DNA of 64,000 bases from NCBI GenBank assembly GCA_045535815.1, contig JAZSMJ010000006.1, forward strand, positions 5,430 to 69,429, written 5' to 3'. This DNA is from Eubacteriales bacterium. Lineage in GTDB: Bacteria; Bacillota; Clostridia; Oscillospirales; CAG-272. Every line of letters begins with the position of its first letter. Within the stretch, counting starts at the first letter, position 1. Shown piece by piece: positions 12,657-22,552 of this stretch. The position numbers and the translations under genes were made by a program. Below the pieces are notes generated by a model. That model searched no databases. It had not been told where the DNA came from and worked only from the letters and a program-made list of their open reading frames with translations.

Positions 12657-13274
12657 ATGAGAATGAGAAAAAAGAAGCACGGGGCGGAAAGAATTAACGC
12701 ATGTTCCGACATAATATTACATAATGCTGAGGAAATAGCCGATTTTCTTCCTGCACAGCTTGAAATTGGGTGCGGTAAGGGAAGCTTTATAATGGGTATA
12801 TCCGAGCGTTTCCCGGAAGAGCGATTTATAGCAATAGAGAAGATTGCCGACGTTGTGGTAACTGCACTTGAAAGAGCAGTGGCGGCAGAGAGAAAGAATA
12901 TAAGATTTCTTATTGCAGATGCGGATAAGCTTTGCGAGCTTTTTCCGGAGCATAGCATAAAAAGAATATATCTAAATTTTTCCGATCCGTGGCCCAAAGC
13001 AGGTCACGCTAAACGAAGACTTACCCACCGCAACTTTCTTGAAAGATATAAGAAGATACTGACAAAGGACGGATCCATATTCTTCAAAACCGACAACAGA
13101 GGCCTTTTTGATTTTTCTCTTGAAGAATTTGCCGAATGCGGTTTCCGCCTCGAAAATATTACCTACGATCTTCATAACAGTGAGTTTAATGCTGATAATA
13201 TCGTTACAGAATATGAGACGAATTTTTCGCAAAAAGGTTTCACTATAAACAGAGTTGAAGCATATCTTAAATAA
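12657..13274 (+). CDS. trmB: tRNA (guanine-N7)-methyltransferase
   Basis: LEIGCGKG, NFSDPWPK, HAKRRL, KTD and TEYE motifs. Confidence 0.97.
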   Translation: MRMRKKKHGAERINACSDIILHNAEEIADFLPAQLEIGCGKGSFIMGISERFPEERFIAIEKIADVVVTALERAVAAERKNIRFLIADADKLCELFPEHSIKRIYLNFSDPWPKAGHAKRRLTHRNFLERYKKILTKDGSIFFKTDNRGLFDFSLEEFAECGFRLENITYDLHNSEFNADNIVTEYETNFSQKGFTINRVEAYLK

Positions 13275-13278
13275 AACG

Positions 13279-13304
13279 AAAAGCCCTGCAAAAGCAGGGC
13301 TTTT
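13279..13304. terminator. Bidirectional intrinsic terminator (end of succinate operon / trmB)
   Basis: AAAAGCCCTGC-AAAA-GCAGGGCTTTT. Confidence 0.88.
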
Positions 13305-13315
13305 ATATTTGATTA

Positions 13316-14587
13316 TCAGAATAAGATTATCAAAAGCTGTGATACAAGTACTACCGATATAAGTGCTATCGGATACGTTGCTGCATAAGCAGCGGCAACG
13401 TCTTCGGTCTTTGCAACGCTGATAAGTGTACCGAGTGCAGGTGTTGAGGTCATTCCTCCTGTGATTGAGCCAAGGTTGTTGAGAAGGCTGAGCTTAAGAA
13501 CGTACTTAGCAAACAGGAATCCTATTAGCATCGGGAATATTGTCATTACAATACCATATACGAAGTACATAATATCAAAGTTAGCAACGAAGTCTGCGCC
13601 TCCGGGGATTCCGGCACCTACAAGGAAGAGCACAAGACCGAGCTCTCTGAAGAGCTTAAGTGTATGCTGATCGGGCATAATGCTGAGCTTACCGATGCGT
13701 CCGAAGTGACCAAGTATAAGTGCAACAAGAAGACATCCGCCGGTAGTCGTAAGCGAGAAGCAGGTTCCGCTAAGGCCTTGAGCTGAAAGCGGTATCTTGA
13801 TCTTGCCAACGAAAGTTCCGAGAACTGCCGCAAGAGCAAATACTGCAAATCCGTGTTCATCAAGCTTTAAAAGAGTGCCTGTAAAGGCGTTTTTCTTTTT
13901 GTCTGCTCCGTCATCCTTTAAAATAAGCTTTGATCTTTCAAGATCCATATCTGCTTTGGAAAGCTTAGGAATAAGCTGAACGAAGAGAACGACACCTATA
14001 ACTCCGAATATGTATGCAATTCCGTGACCTACGGACACAAGGCTTGTGAGCGAGGGGTCAACGGTTGCCTTTGCCGCAGAGAATGCAGGAGTTGAGGTAA
14101 GTGAACCCGAGAGCAGACCGACTATCATTGCTGTAAAGCCTTCGGATGTCTCTATGGATGAGCCGAAACCTATAGCTCTTCCGGTCATAATACAAGCAAC
14201 GGCAGAAAGTCCGCCGGCTACTATAATAACGAAGCCGAGAAGAACGTAGGATTTGAAGTTCTTCTTCATATTTCCGAAGAACTTGGGTCCTGCAATAAAA
14301 CCAACGGACGTAACGAAGAGTACAAGTCCGAGGTTTTCGATTATCTCAAGTGCCTGATTTAAGAAGTTTACCGATTCAGCCTCTCCCTTGATTATCATCT
14401 GTGATTCAAGAGGACCGATCAAAAGAGCACCGAAGAGAAGGGCAATAACGAATACGCCTGCATCCCCCAGAGATACGCCCTTAATGGTAATACGACCGAA
14501 TGCGTAACCGACAAAAAGTATGCCAAATACGCAGAATATTAAGAATGAAATACCTGTTACAGGGATAAAACCGCCAAATAAATTCAT
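13316..14587 (-). CDS. AspT/YidE/YbjL-family permease, candidate succinate exporter
   Basis: Duplicated GxxTSTPA motifs in two hydrophobic halves; last gene of the fumarate-reduction operon. Substrate is inferred from context. Confidence 0.8.
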   Translation of the reverse strand: MNLFGGFIPVTGISFLIFCVFGILFVGYAFGRITIKGVSLGDAGVFVIALLFGALLIGPLESQMIIKGEAESVNFLNQALEIIENLGLVLFVTSVGFIAGPKFFGNMKKNFKSYVLLGFVIIVAGGLSAVACIMTGRAIGFGSSIETSEGFTAMIVGLLSGSLTSTPAFSAAKATVDPSLTSLVSVGHGIAYIFGVIGVVLFVQLIPKLSKADMDLERSKLILKDDGADKKKNAFTGTLLKLDEHGFAVFALAAVLGTFVGKIKIPLSAQGLSGTCFSLTTTGGCLLVALILGHFGRIGKLSIMPDQHTLKLFRELGLVLFLVGAGIPGGADFVANFDIMYFVYGIVMTIFPMLIGFLFAKYVLKLSLLNNLGSITGGMTSTPALGTLISVAKTEDVAAAYAATYPIALISVVLVSQLLIILF

Positions 14588-14605
14588 GCTGTTATCTCCT
14601 CTTTA

Positions 14606-16201
14606 TCAAACCTTACGGGTGTAATTCGGAAGAAGCTTAGGAGAAACAACGTCTGTCTTTATACCTGCATCCTTAAGCTCCTGTGCGAACTTTTTAACGT
14701 GATCAACAGTAAGAGCACCGAGCTTAACTGATTTGGATTTTTCAGCAGCATTTTTACCTGCGCTACGTCCGAATACGATGATATCGAGCAGAGAGTTACC
14801 CATAAGTCTGTTTCTTCCGTGAATACCGCCAACAGCCTCACCGGCAACGTAAAGGTTTTCAACCGCAGACATACCGTCGGCAGAGATGTCAATACCGCCG
14901 TTCTGATAATGGAGTGTAGGATAAATAAGAATAGGTTCTTTTCTGATATCTATATCATACTTTGAGAACATATTGAGCATAGCGGGAATACGCTTTTCAA
15001 TAGTTCCTTCTCCGCCGATTATCTCGATCATGGGAGTATCGAGCCAAACGCCCTGACCCTCGGGAGTCTTAACGCCGTTGCCTCTGTCTGTGCATTCACG
15101 AATAATGGATGCCGCAGAAACGTCACGTGTTTCAAGAGGATGCATAAATGCTTCGCCGTTAGCGTTTATAAGCATAGCTCCGAGAGAACGAACCTTTTCG
15201 GTAACGAGTGCACCAAAGATCTGTTCAGGGAAAGCAGCTCCTGTAGGATGATACTGAAGGGTCTCAGCGTAAAGAAGCTTTGCGCCTGCTCTGTATGCGA
15301 GAACGAGACCGTCAGCGGTTGCACCGTAATGATTGGAGGTAGGAAAGCCCTGATAATGAAGTCTTCCTGCACCGCCCGTAGCAATAATTACTGTCTTAGC
15401 CTTAGCAATGGTGATCTCATTTGTCTCCATGTTGAGAAGAACAGCACCTGCTGCCTTGCCTTGGTCGTCAAGGATAATCTCTATAGCGGATGTAAAATCA
15501 ATTACGGGAATATTTCTGTTAAGAACCTCATCACGAAGAGTACGCATGATCTCTGCACCGGAATAGTCCTTTGCAGCGTGCATTCTCTTTCTTGATGTAC
15601 CGCCGCCGTGCGTGGTTACCATTGTACCGTCTTCAGCCTTGTCGAACTCAACTCCGAGCTCGTTCAGCCATTTGATAGCATCGGGAGCCTCACATACGAG
15701 TCTTGAAAGAAGCTCAGGCTTTGCGGCAAAGTGACCGCCACCGAAAGCATCGAGGTAATGGATAGCAGGGGAGTCGTTGGGTTTATCCGCAGCCTGAATT
15801 CCGCCTTCTGCCATCATTGTGTTAGCATCGCCTATGCGAAGCTTTGTTACCATCATAACGGAAGCACCGCTGTTATCTGCTTCGATAGCAGCTGAAGAGC
15901 CTGCTCCGCCACCGCCGATAACGAGAACGTCAACATCATAATCGGGATGCTTGAGGTCAAGCTTCATACCCTTTATGCGACTGTTACCCTGAAGAAGAGC
16001 TGCAAGCTCGTGAGGAACCTTGTCTCCCTTGTTGGGGCCAACCTGAAGAGTAGCAAATTCATTCTGCTTATAGTCGGGGTGATATGTAGCAAGAAGCTGT
16101 TCCTTTTCTTCTGCAGTCATTCTGCGAAGCTCCTTGCCGATACGGGAAGCACGAGTAGCCTCAACCTTTTTTATAGATTCGAGCATTTCTGTTGTATACA
16201 T
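14606..16201 (-). CDS. frdA: Soluble fumarate reductase flavoprotein (FrdA/TfrA-like)
   Basis: GGGGAG FAD site, AEGG, QYHPT, TEKVR, HYQNGG and HGRNRLMGNSL catalytic motifs. Confidence 0.82.
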   Translation of the reverse strand: MYTTEMLESIKKVEATRASRIGKELRRMTAEEKEQLLATYHPDYKQNEFATLQVGPNKGDKVPHELAALLQGNSRIKGMKLDLKHPDYDVDVLVIGGGGAGSSAAIEADNSGASVMMVTKLRIGDANTMMAEGGIQAADKPNDSPAIHYLDAFGGGHFAAKPELLSRLVCEAPDAIKWLNELGVEFDKAEDGTMVTTHGGGTSRKRMHAAKDYSGAEIMRTLRDEVLNRNIPVIDFTSAIEIILDDQGKAAGAVLLNMETNEITIAKAKTVIIATGGAGRLHYQGFPTSNHYGATADGLVLAYRAGAKLLYAETLQYHPTGAAFPEQIFGALVTEKVRSLGAMLINANGEAFMHPLETRDVSAASIIRECTDRGNGVKTPEGQGVWLDTPMIEIIGGEGTIEKRIPAMLNMFSKYDIDIRKEPILIYPTLHYQNGGIDISADGMSAVENLYVAGEAVGGIHGRNRLMGNSLLDIIVFGRSAGKNAAEKSKSVKLGALTVDHVKKFAQELKDAGIKTDVVSPKLLPNYTRKV

Positions 16202-16216
16202 TATTCTCAGCCTCCC

Positions 16217-16891
16217 TTATTTCTCAATGTCACGGTTGTTGTAGAGCTCTTTCATCTCGGAAATGGGCTTCTGCATAAGAGCCTCGATAAGCTCCTTGAA
16301 ATCACCGTTTTCAATTTCACGAACTCTGTCTTCAAGATGCTCTGATTTAGGTGCAAGATACTTACCGTTGATTCTTCTTGCGAGCAAAGCTACCTGAGGA
16401 TGAGATATTCCTGCAGGACAGCGTGAAGAGCAAACACCGCACATTACACAGTCAAAGGATTCTTCTGCGCACTTTTCAAAATCGCCTCTCTGAGCGTAAG
16501 CTATGTACTGCATAACGTTAAGATCCTGAGTACAGCTCTTTGTACAAGCATTACAACCGATACAGCTGTATATTTCGGGATAGAGCTGCATCATAACCTG
16601 CTCGGAAAGAGATACGGTGTTTATATCGTACACCTGCTTAACGAGCGGGAAGAAGGGAAGCATTGCGATATACATATCGTTTTCAACCTTTGTCTGGCAA
16701 GCAAGACAGGACTTGAGCTCACGCTCGCCCTTTATACGGTATATGGTAGCGCACGCACCGCAGAACCCGTTTCTGCATCCGCATCCTCTGACCAGCTGAT
16801 ATCCGGCATATTCCATAGCCTTCATTATTGTAAGATTTGACGGTACTTCATATTTCTTTCCCATCAAATATATATTTACCATTTCTTCCAT
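16217..16891 (-). CDS. frdB: Fumarate reductase Fe-S subunit (FrdB-like)
   Basis: CxCxxGxCGxC...C 2Fe-2S motif plus two CxxCxxCxxxC motifs; adjacent to the flavoprotein. Confidence 0.78.
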   Translation of the reverse strand: MEEMVNIYLMGKKYEVPSNLTIMKAMEYAGYQLVRGCGCRNGFCGACATIYRIKGERELKSCLACQTKVENDMYIAMLPFFPLVKQVYDINTVSLSEQVMMQLYPEIYSCIGCNACTKSCTQDLNVMQYIAYAQRGDFEKCAEESFDCVMCGVCSSRCPAGISHPQVALLARRINGKYLAPKSEHLEDRVREIENGDFKELIEALMQKPISEMKELYNNRDIEK

Positions 16892-16909
16892 ATCGATAGT
16901 CCTTTCAAA

Positions 16910-17734
16910 TCAATATTCATTCGGCATTTCATCGAGCTGATCGCAGCGGAAAACGGGACCGTCCTTGCAGACGTATTTATCACCGATATTACATCTGCCG
17001 CACTTTCCGATACCGCATTTCATCTTAAGCTCCATGGTAGTGAATACCTGAGTTTTATCAAAGCCGAGCTCGATAAGACCGGCAAGAGTGAATTTGATCA
17101 TTATCGGAGGACCGCATATGATAACGGTTTTGTTAGTATCAAAACCGAGCTCCTTTACATAATTGGGAACGAAACCGACATGACCGCTCCAGCCTTCCTG
17201 GGGATTGTCTATGGTGAGATGAACGTTAGTACCGTCCTCAGTGCACCATTCGTTTATGATCTCGCTGTAGTCAACGAGATCGTCCATTGATCTTGAGCCG
17301 TAAACTATATCAATTTTACCGTAATTTGCTCTGTTATCACGAACGTAATTGATAACGGAGCGGAGAGGAGCAAGTCCGATACCGCCGGCGATAAACAGAA
17401 GGTCTTTACCCTTGAAATCAGCTTCAACAGGGAAGCCGTTACCGTACGGTCCGCGTATAGTCAACTGCTGACCGGGCTCTATTTCATGGAGCCAACCCGA
17501 AAGACAACCGCATTTTTTGATGGAGAATTCCATGAAATCGGTGTTTGTAGGGGAGGAAGTTATTGAGAACATTGCTTCGCCAACACCGGGGATGGAAAGC
17601 ATAGCGCACTGACCGGGCATATGCTCAAAAACCTTTTTGCCGTCAAGACCGACAACTCTGAAGGTCTTAACGTCGGGAGTATCGATTCTTATATCGGTAA
17701 CGACACCGATAGCGGGTATAAGGGATTCATTCAT
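16910..17734 (-). CDS. flxA: FAD/NAD(P)H-binding oxidoreductase with 2Fe-2S (FlxA/AsrB-like)
   Basis: RGPYGNGF, AGGIGLAP, CGPPIM and CGIGKCGRC...CKDGPVF motifs. Confidence 0.82.
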   Translation of the reverse strand: MNESLIPAIGVVTDIRIDTPDVKTFRVVGLDGKKVFEHMPGQCAMLSIPGVGEAMFSITSSPTNTDFMEFSIKKCGCLSGWLHEIEPGQQLTIRGPYGNGFPVEADFKGKDLLFIAGGIGLAPLRSVINYVRDNRANYGKIDIVYGSRSMDDLVDYSEIINEWCTEDGTNVHLTIDNPQEGWSGHVGFVPNYVKELGFDTNKTVIICGPPIMIKFTLAGLIELGFDKTQVFTTMELKMKCGIGKCGRCNIGDKYVCKDGPVFRCDQLDEMPNEY

Positions 17735-18756
17735 CAGTCGTTACCTCCTAAAGCTTTCATTACTTTAACTATGTTCATAGATATAGGACACTTGTTTATG
17801 CATCTTCCGCAGCCAACGCATCCGAAGATACCCTCGTTGTTTTCGGGATAATAAACAAGCTTATGCATAAATCTCTGACGGAATCGTTCAAGCTGTGTAA
17901 GTCTGGGATTTCCGTGAGCCATCTTTGTGAAGTCGGAATACATACAGCTGTCCCAGCAACGGTATCTTCTGACACCGTCAGCGGTCTTAATGTCTCTAAC
18001 GTCATAGCACTGACAGGTAGGACATACGAAGGTACACGTTCCGCATCCGATACAAGCCTCGGAAAGCTCCTTCCATTTTTCATCGGAAAACAGCTTAAGA
18101 AGAACGTCTCCCTTAAACTTATCTGTTGAAAGGGAAGCAAGCGGAAGCTTTTTCATAATTTCGCCTATACGCTTCTTCTGTTCGTTTACTGCTTTATCGT
18201 CAGTATCTTCAAGAAGATCACTTATCTTTTCGATAAATGCATTACCTTTTTCGGTGAGCGCATTGAAGTAAATGAATTTGCCGTCCGAATAAGCCTCAAC
18301 GTCCCCACCGGGAGCAGCAGGGTCTATTCCGAAGGCTGTGCAGAAGCAGGACTCTCTGGGAGAGTTGCACGCCATAGTAACTATCGTGCCGTGCTCTCTG
18401 CGGTTTTTATAGTAGGTATCTACCGGATCGCAAAGGAAAACGCGATCAAGTATATCGAAGCTTTTTGCGTCACACGCACGGACACCGAAAACAACGAAAT
18501 CTTCTGTTTCACGGCGTATGTCTTTAACCTCAATGGTCTTTCCTTCAACTTTAAAATCAACGAGATTTTCGGTCTGAGGGAAGAAGAAATCCTTTGCGCT
18601 TCTTACTGTGTTGAGTGCGCCGGAAAGCTTTTTGCCATCCTCCCACTTTTCATAAGCTGCCTGACCGTTTTCTTTATCAACGGGAATGTAGAGCTCAGAG
18701 GAAGAAGCAACTATCTCAAACAGTGAATCTAATTTTTCATAAGGAAGCTTTTTCAT
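17734..18756 (-). CDS. flxB: 4Fe-4S protein (FlxB/AsrA-like)
   Basis: GVRACD, CFC, CIGCGTCTFVCPTCQC, RCWDSC and CVGCGRC motifs. Confidence 0.8.
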   Translation of the reverse strand: MKKLPYEKLDSLFEIVASSSELYIPVDKENGQAAYEKWEDGKKLSGALNTVRSAKDFFFPQTENLVDFKVEGKTIEVKDIRRETEDFVVFGVRACDAKSFDILDRVFLCDPVDTYYKNRREHGTIVTMACNSPRESCFCTAFGIDPAAPGGDVEAYSDGKFIYFNALTEKGNAFIEKISDLLEDTDDKAVNEQKKRIGEIMKKLPLASLSTDKFKGDVLLKLFSDEKWKELSEACIGCGTCTFVCPTCQCYDVRDIKTADGVRRYRCWDSCMYSDFTKMAHGNPRLTQLERFRQRFMHKLVYYPENNEGIFGCVGCGRCINKCPISMNIVKVMKALGGND

Positions 18757-18758
18757 AA

Positions 18759-19730
18759 TCAGTTATTCCCCCTTTCCTCAACAACGCTGGGTTCAGCATC
18801 ATCGAAGGTATAGCTTGTAAGGGGAGCAGTCGTAGTTGTATCATCGCCTGCCTGGAATTCACCGTAAAGCTCATTTATATCTTTGATGAACTTTCTGTTG
18901 AGAAGGTGTATCGGAATATGCTCGGGGCAAACTCTTGAGCATTCTCCGCAATCAGTACATCTGCCTGCAACGTGGAAGGCTCTTATAATATGGAACATAT
19001 TCTCTTCAAACGACTGAGAAGGAGCCTTGCTTGTAGTGCCGAGATCATCGTTATCGAAAACGCATCTCTCGCATGAGCACGCAGGACATACGTTTCTGCA
19101 AGCGTTACAGCGTATGCATCTTGACAGCTCATTCTGCCAGAACGCAAAGCGTTCATCGGGAGTCATATTTTCTATCTTAACGACCTCATCAAATCTTTCA
19201 GCACCTGTTTCTTCGCCGTTATCGCCGATTATTTCATCAAAGGCAACAAGCTTCTTTGACTTACAGCTTACGCATCTTTCAGCGAGAATATCTTTTTTGT
19301 CAATTGAAATATTTCCGCTTACAGTTTCAACGCTTATTGTCTTTCCGTCAGATGAAACTGAGAGTATAGCACTGTCAGCCTTATTCCTGAGGTATTCGGG
19401 AAGCGCCATACCGTCGCACTGAACGCCCACTATATAAACGTTTTCACGAATGATACGGTGTTCCTTTATAAGCTGATTGAAGCTGTATGTATCGCAGGGC
19501 TTTAAGAATGCAAGAATCTTTCCGCCCTTGCGGCTTTCTTTAATAAGATACTTTGAAAGATTTGCTCCGCAGAAATCGTTGAAAACAAAATCCTTCTGTA
19601 TCTCCTCAGCACTGTTGAAAACAGCAGGAGTAACGTCATAGCAAACGTCACCTAACTTCCAGCCTATAACACGGTCAACAGTACCGTTTTGGAGTAATTC
19701 GATTGCTTTATTTATCATTTTGCTTTGCAT
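18759..19730 (-). CDS. flxC: 4Fe-4S protein (FlxC-like)
   Basis: KPCD, CIRCNACRNVCPACSC and HVAGRCTDCGEC motifs. Confidence 0.8.
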   Translation of the reverse strand: MQSKMINKAIELLQNGTVDRVIGWKLGDVCYDVTPAVFNSAEEIQKDFVFNDFCGANLSKYLIKESRKGGKILAFLKPCDTYSFNQLIKEHRIIRENVYIVGVQCDGMALPEYLRNKADSAILSVSSDGKTISVETVSGNISIDKKDILAERCVSCKSKKLVAFDEIIGDNGEETGAERFDEVVKIENMTPDERFAFWQNELSRCIRCNACRNVCPACSCERCVFDNDDLGTTSKAPSQSFEENMFHIIRAFHVAGRCTDCGECSRVCPEHIPIHLLNRKFIKDINELYGEFQAGDDTTTTAPLTSYTFDDAEPSVVEERGNN

Positions 19731-20164
19731 CTCAAATCCTCCAATCTCTTGTTTTCGCCAAGCTTTGTAACAGTCTCAACGAATTCACTCATAGTAGCCG
19801 CAAATTTTGCACCTTCAGCAGCAGACACCCATTCAACTCTCGTTCTGCCTCTCTCTATTCCGAGATAGTCAAGCATACTGAAGAGAAGTGTCATTCTTCT
19901 GCGTGCAAAATAGTTACCTGAAGTGTAGTGACAGTCCCCGGGATGACATCCGCAGATTATAACACCGTCAGCTCCGCGCTGGAATGCACGAAGAATGAAC
20001 ATGGGGTTAACTCTGCAGGAGCAGGGAACACGAATTATTTTTACGTCAGCAGGATAGCTGAGTCTGTTTGTTCCGGCAAGGTCGGCACCGGCATACGAAC
20101 ACCAGTTACAGCAAAAAGCAACTATCTTGGGCTTAAATGTGCCATTTGTTTCATTTATTTGCAT
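19715..20164 (-). CDS. flxD: MvhD/FlxD 2Fe-2S subunit
   Basis: FCCNWCSYAGAD, RVPCS, GCHPGDCHY and WVSAAE motifs. Confidence 0.9.
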   Translation of the reverse strand: MQINETNGTFKPKIVAFCCNWCSYAGADLAGTNRLSYPADVKIIRVPCSCRVNPMFILRAFQRGADGVIICGCHPGDCHYTSGNYFARRRMTLLFSMLDYLGIERGRTRVEWVSAAEGAKFAATMSEFVETVTKLGENKRLEDLRCKAK

Positions 20165-22143
20165 ATTGCATCTACCTCCGCCATGATCTGTTTGTTAGAG
20201 AATCCCTTAAGATCCATTGCACCGGAATGACATGCTACGGTACAAGCACCACATCCCTGACATACGGCAGGGTTAACAGAAGCAACTCTTCTGATAGCAG
20301 TGGTTCTGTCGGGCATTCTGAATTCTTTATCAATATAGGTTATTGCACCGTAAGGACATACCTTTTCACAAGCGGAACAACCGTTACACATCATCTCGTT
20401 TGAGGTAGCAACGCAAGGATTGCAGGTAAGCTTATCTTTCGCAAGCAGTCCTATAACCTTAGCGGCAGCTGCGCCTGCCTGAGATACTGTTTCGGGGATA
20501 TCCTTGGGTCCCTGGCAGGTACCGGAAAGGAATACGCCTGCTGTAGGACTTTCTACGGGACGGAGCTTGGGGTGAGCTTCTGTAAAGAAGTCGTTTGTAT
20601 CCATACTTGCAGTAAGCATGGTAGCAAGAGGTCTTGCGCTGGGATCAGGCTCTATTGCAGCAGCAAGAACGACCATATCTGCTTCGATCTTGAGCTGCTT
20701 GTCAGCAATAAGGTCGGAAGCCTGAACGGTCAGCTTGCCATCGTGAGGAGCAACCTTTCCAACCATTCCCTTGATATAATGTACGCCGTATTCCTCAACT
20801 GCTCTGCGGTAGAACTCGTCAAAGTTCTTACCGGGAGTTCTTACGTCTATGTAGAATACGTAAACGTCAGTATCGGGATATTTCTCCCTTGTAAGCATTG
20901 CATGCTTTGCCGTATACATACAGCAAATCTTGGAGCAGTACTGCTTTCCGCATCCTGACGTATCACGTGAGCCTACACACTGAACGAATACGATAGTATG
21001 AGGATGTGTTCCGTCTGAGGGACGGAGAAGCTTACCTGCGGTAGGACCGGAGGCATTCATTATTCTTTCATATTCAAGAGAGGTAACAACGTCAGGGCTC
21101 TGAGAATATGCAAACTCATCGTAATTGTCAAGCTTAATGGGATTAAAGCCTGTTGCAACGACTATTGCACCGTACTGCTGTTCAATTATTTCATCCTTCT
21201 GCTTGTAATCGATAGCTCCTGCGGTACATACCTTTGAGCAAACACCGCACTTGCCACTCTTCAGCATTGTACAATAATCTGCGTCAATCGTAGCAACCTT
21301 CGGAACTGCCTGAGCAAAGGGAATATAAATTGCACGTCTTGTGTCCATTCCGAGGTTAAATTCATTCGGAACCTTTTTCTGAGGACATTTTTCTGTACAA
21401 AGTCCGCAACCTGTACAAAGACTTTCGTTTACGTAGCGAGCCTTTTTCTTTATGGATACCGTAAAGTTTCCTACGAATCCCTTAACAGCCTCAACCTCGC
21501 TGTAAGCGTATATATTTATCTTATCATGCTGAGCAGCATCAACCATCTTAGGTGTAAGTATGCAGGCAGCACAGTCGAGCGTAGGGAAGGTCTTGTCAAG
21601 CTGAGTCATCTTTCCGCCGATAGTAGGAGTTTTTTCAACTATATCTACTTCAAATCCTGCGTCTGCAATATCGAGAGCTGTCTGAATACCTGCGATACCG
21701 CCTCCGATAACGAGCGCACGCTTTGTAACGGGGCTTTCACCTGCTGTAAGCGGAGCGTTAAGATGCACCTTCGCAATAGCAGTTCTTGCAAGGATTATAG
21801 CCTTCTCTGTACCGATCTCCATATCCTTATGTATCCACGAGCACTGCTCACGGATGTTTGCAATCTCAACCATATAAGGGTTAAGACCTGCCGCAGCAGC
21901 AGTCTTGCGGAAGGTAGCCTCATGCATACGGGGAGAGCAGGAGCAAACAACTATTCCGGTAAGGGCATAGTCTCTTATTGCATCCTTTATAATGTTCTGA
22001 CCGGCTTCAGAACACATATACTGATAATCGGTGGAGAAAACTACACCCGGTTCCTTTGCCGCAGCTTCAGCAACGGCTTTAACGTCAACAGTTCCGGCAA
22101 TATTGCTTCCGCACCAGCATACAAATACGCCAATTCTCTGCAT
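20155..22143 (-). CDS. hdrA: Heterodisulfide reductase subunit A (bifurcating flavoprotein)
   Basis: GVFVCWCG, CSPRMHE, NIREQCSW, GGGIAG, QCVGSRD, CSKICC and GPKDIP motifs. Confidence 0.95.
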   Translation of the reverse strand: MQRIGVFVCWCGSNIAGTVDVKAVAEAAAKEPGVVFSTDYQYMCSEAGQNIIKDAIRDYALTGIVVCSCSPRMHEATFRKTAAAAGLNPYMVEIANIREQCSWIHKDMEIGTEKAIILARTAIAKVHLNAPLTAGESPVTKRALVIGGGIAGIQTALDIADAGFEVDIVEKTPTIGGKMTQLDKTFPTLDCAACILTPKMVDAAQHDKINIYAYSEVEAVKGFVGNFTVSIKKKARYVNESLCTGCGLCTEKCPQKKVPNEFNLGMDTRRAIYIPFAQAVPKVATIDADYCTMLKSGKCGVCSKVCTAGAIDYKQKDEIIEQQYGAIVVATGFNPIKLDNYDEFAYSQSPDVVTSLEYERIMNASGPTAGKLLRPSDGTHPHTIVFVQCVGSRDTSGCGKQYCSKICCMYTAKHAMLTREKYPDTDVYVFYIDVRTPGKNFDEFYRRAVEEYGVHYIKGMVGKVAPHDGKLTVQASDLIADKQLKIEADMVVLAAAIEPDPSARPLATMLTASMDTNDFFTEAHPKLRPVESPTAGVFLSGTCQGPKDIPETVSQAGAAAAKVIGLLAKDKLTCNPCVATSNEMMCNGCSACEKVCPYGAITYIDKEFRMPDRTTAIRRVASVNPAVCQGCGACTVACHSGAMDLKGFSNKQIMAEVDAICK

Positions 22144-22157
22144 TGTTTTCTCCTCCT

Positions 22158-22550
22158 TTATTTACTGTATTTACGGAATGCGCTGACGATAGCCTGCTGA
22201 GGCAGATCTTCGTCAAGCATTTCCGGGATCATATCTGCTTTTAAGTGATTTTCGCCCTTCTGGCGTATCACGGAAAGTCTTACTGCTTCAATAAGCTTTG
22301 CAGGCTCAACGCCTCTGGGACAGCGGTCAACACAAGCAAAGCAGGTAAGGCATTTATATATCGATTCAGACTTCATAAGCTTTTCTATGTCGCCCGTTTC
22401 TACCATATATACGAACTGATGAGGATGGTATTCCATTTCATCATATGAAGGGCAGGTGCCCGAGCATTTGCCGCAACGCATACACTTCAGGGGATTTACT
22501 CCGCTTGATCTGAGGATCTGTTCTTTTGTTAATTCCTTATTAAAAGCCAT
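22158..22550 (-). CDS. hdrC: Heterodisulfide reductase subunit C
   Basis: CMRCGKCSGTCP and CLTCFACVDRCPRG. Confidence 0.9.
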   Translation of the reverse strand: MAFNKELTKEQILRSSGVNPLKCMRCGKCSGTCPSYDEMEYHPHQFVYMVETGDIEKLMKSESIYKCLTCFACVDRCPRGVEPAKLIEAVRLSVIRQKGENHLKADMIPEMLDEDLPQQAIVSAFRKYSK

Positions 22551-22552
22551 GA

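Noticed and set aside
19715-22143. Selenocysteine or recoding in HdrA/FlxD
   Set aside because: Both frames are open, with ordinary Cys codons at the motif positions.
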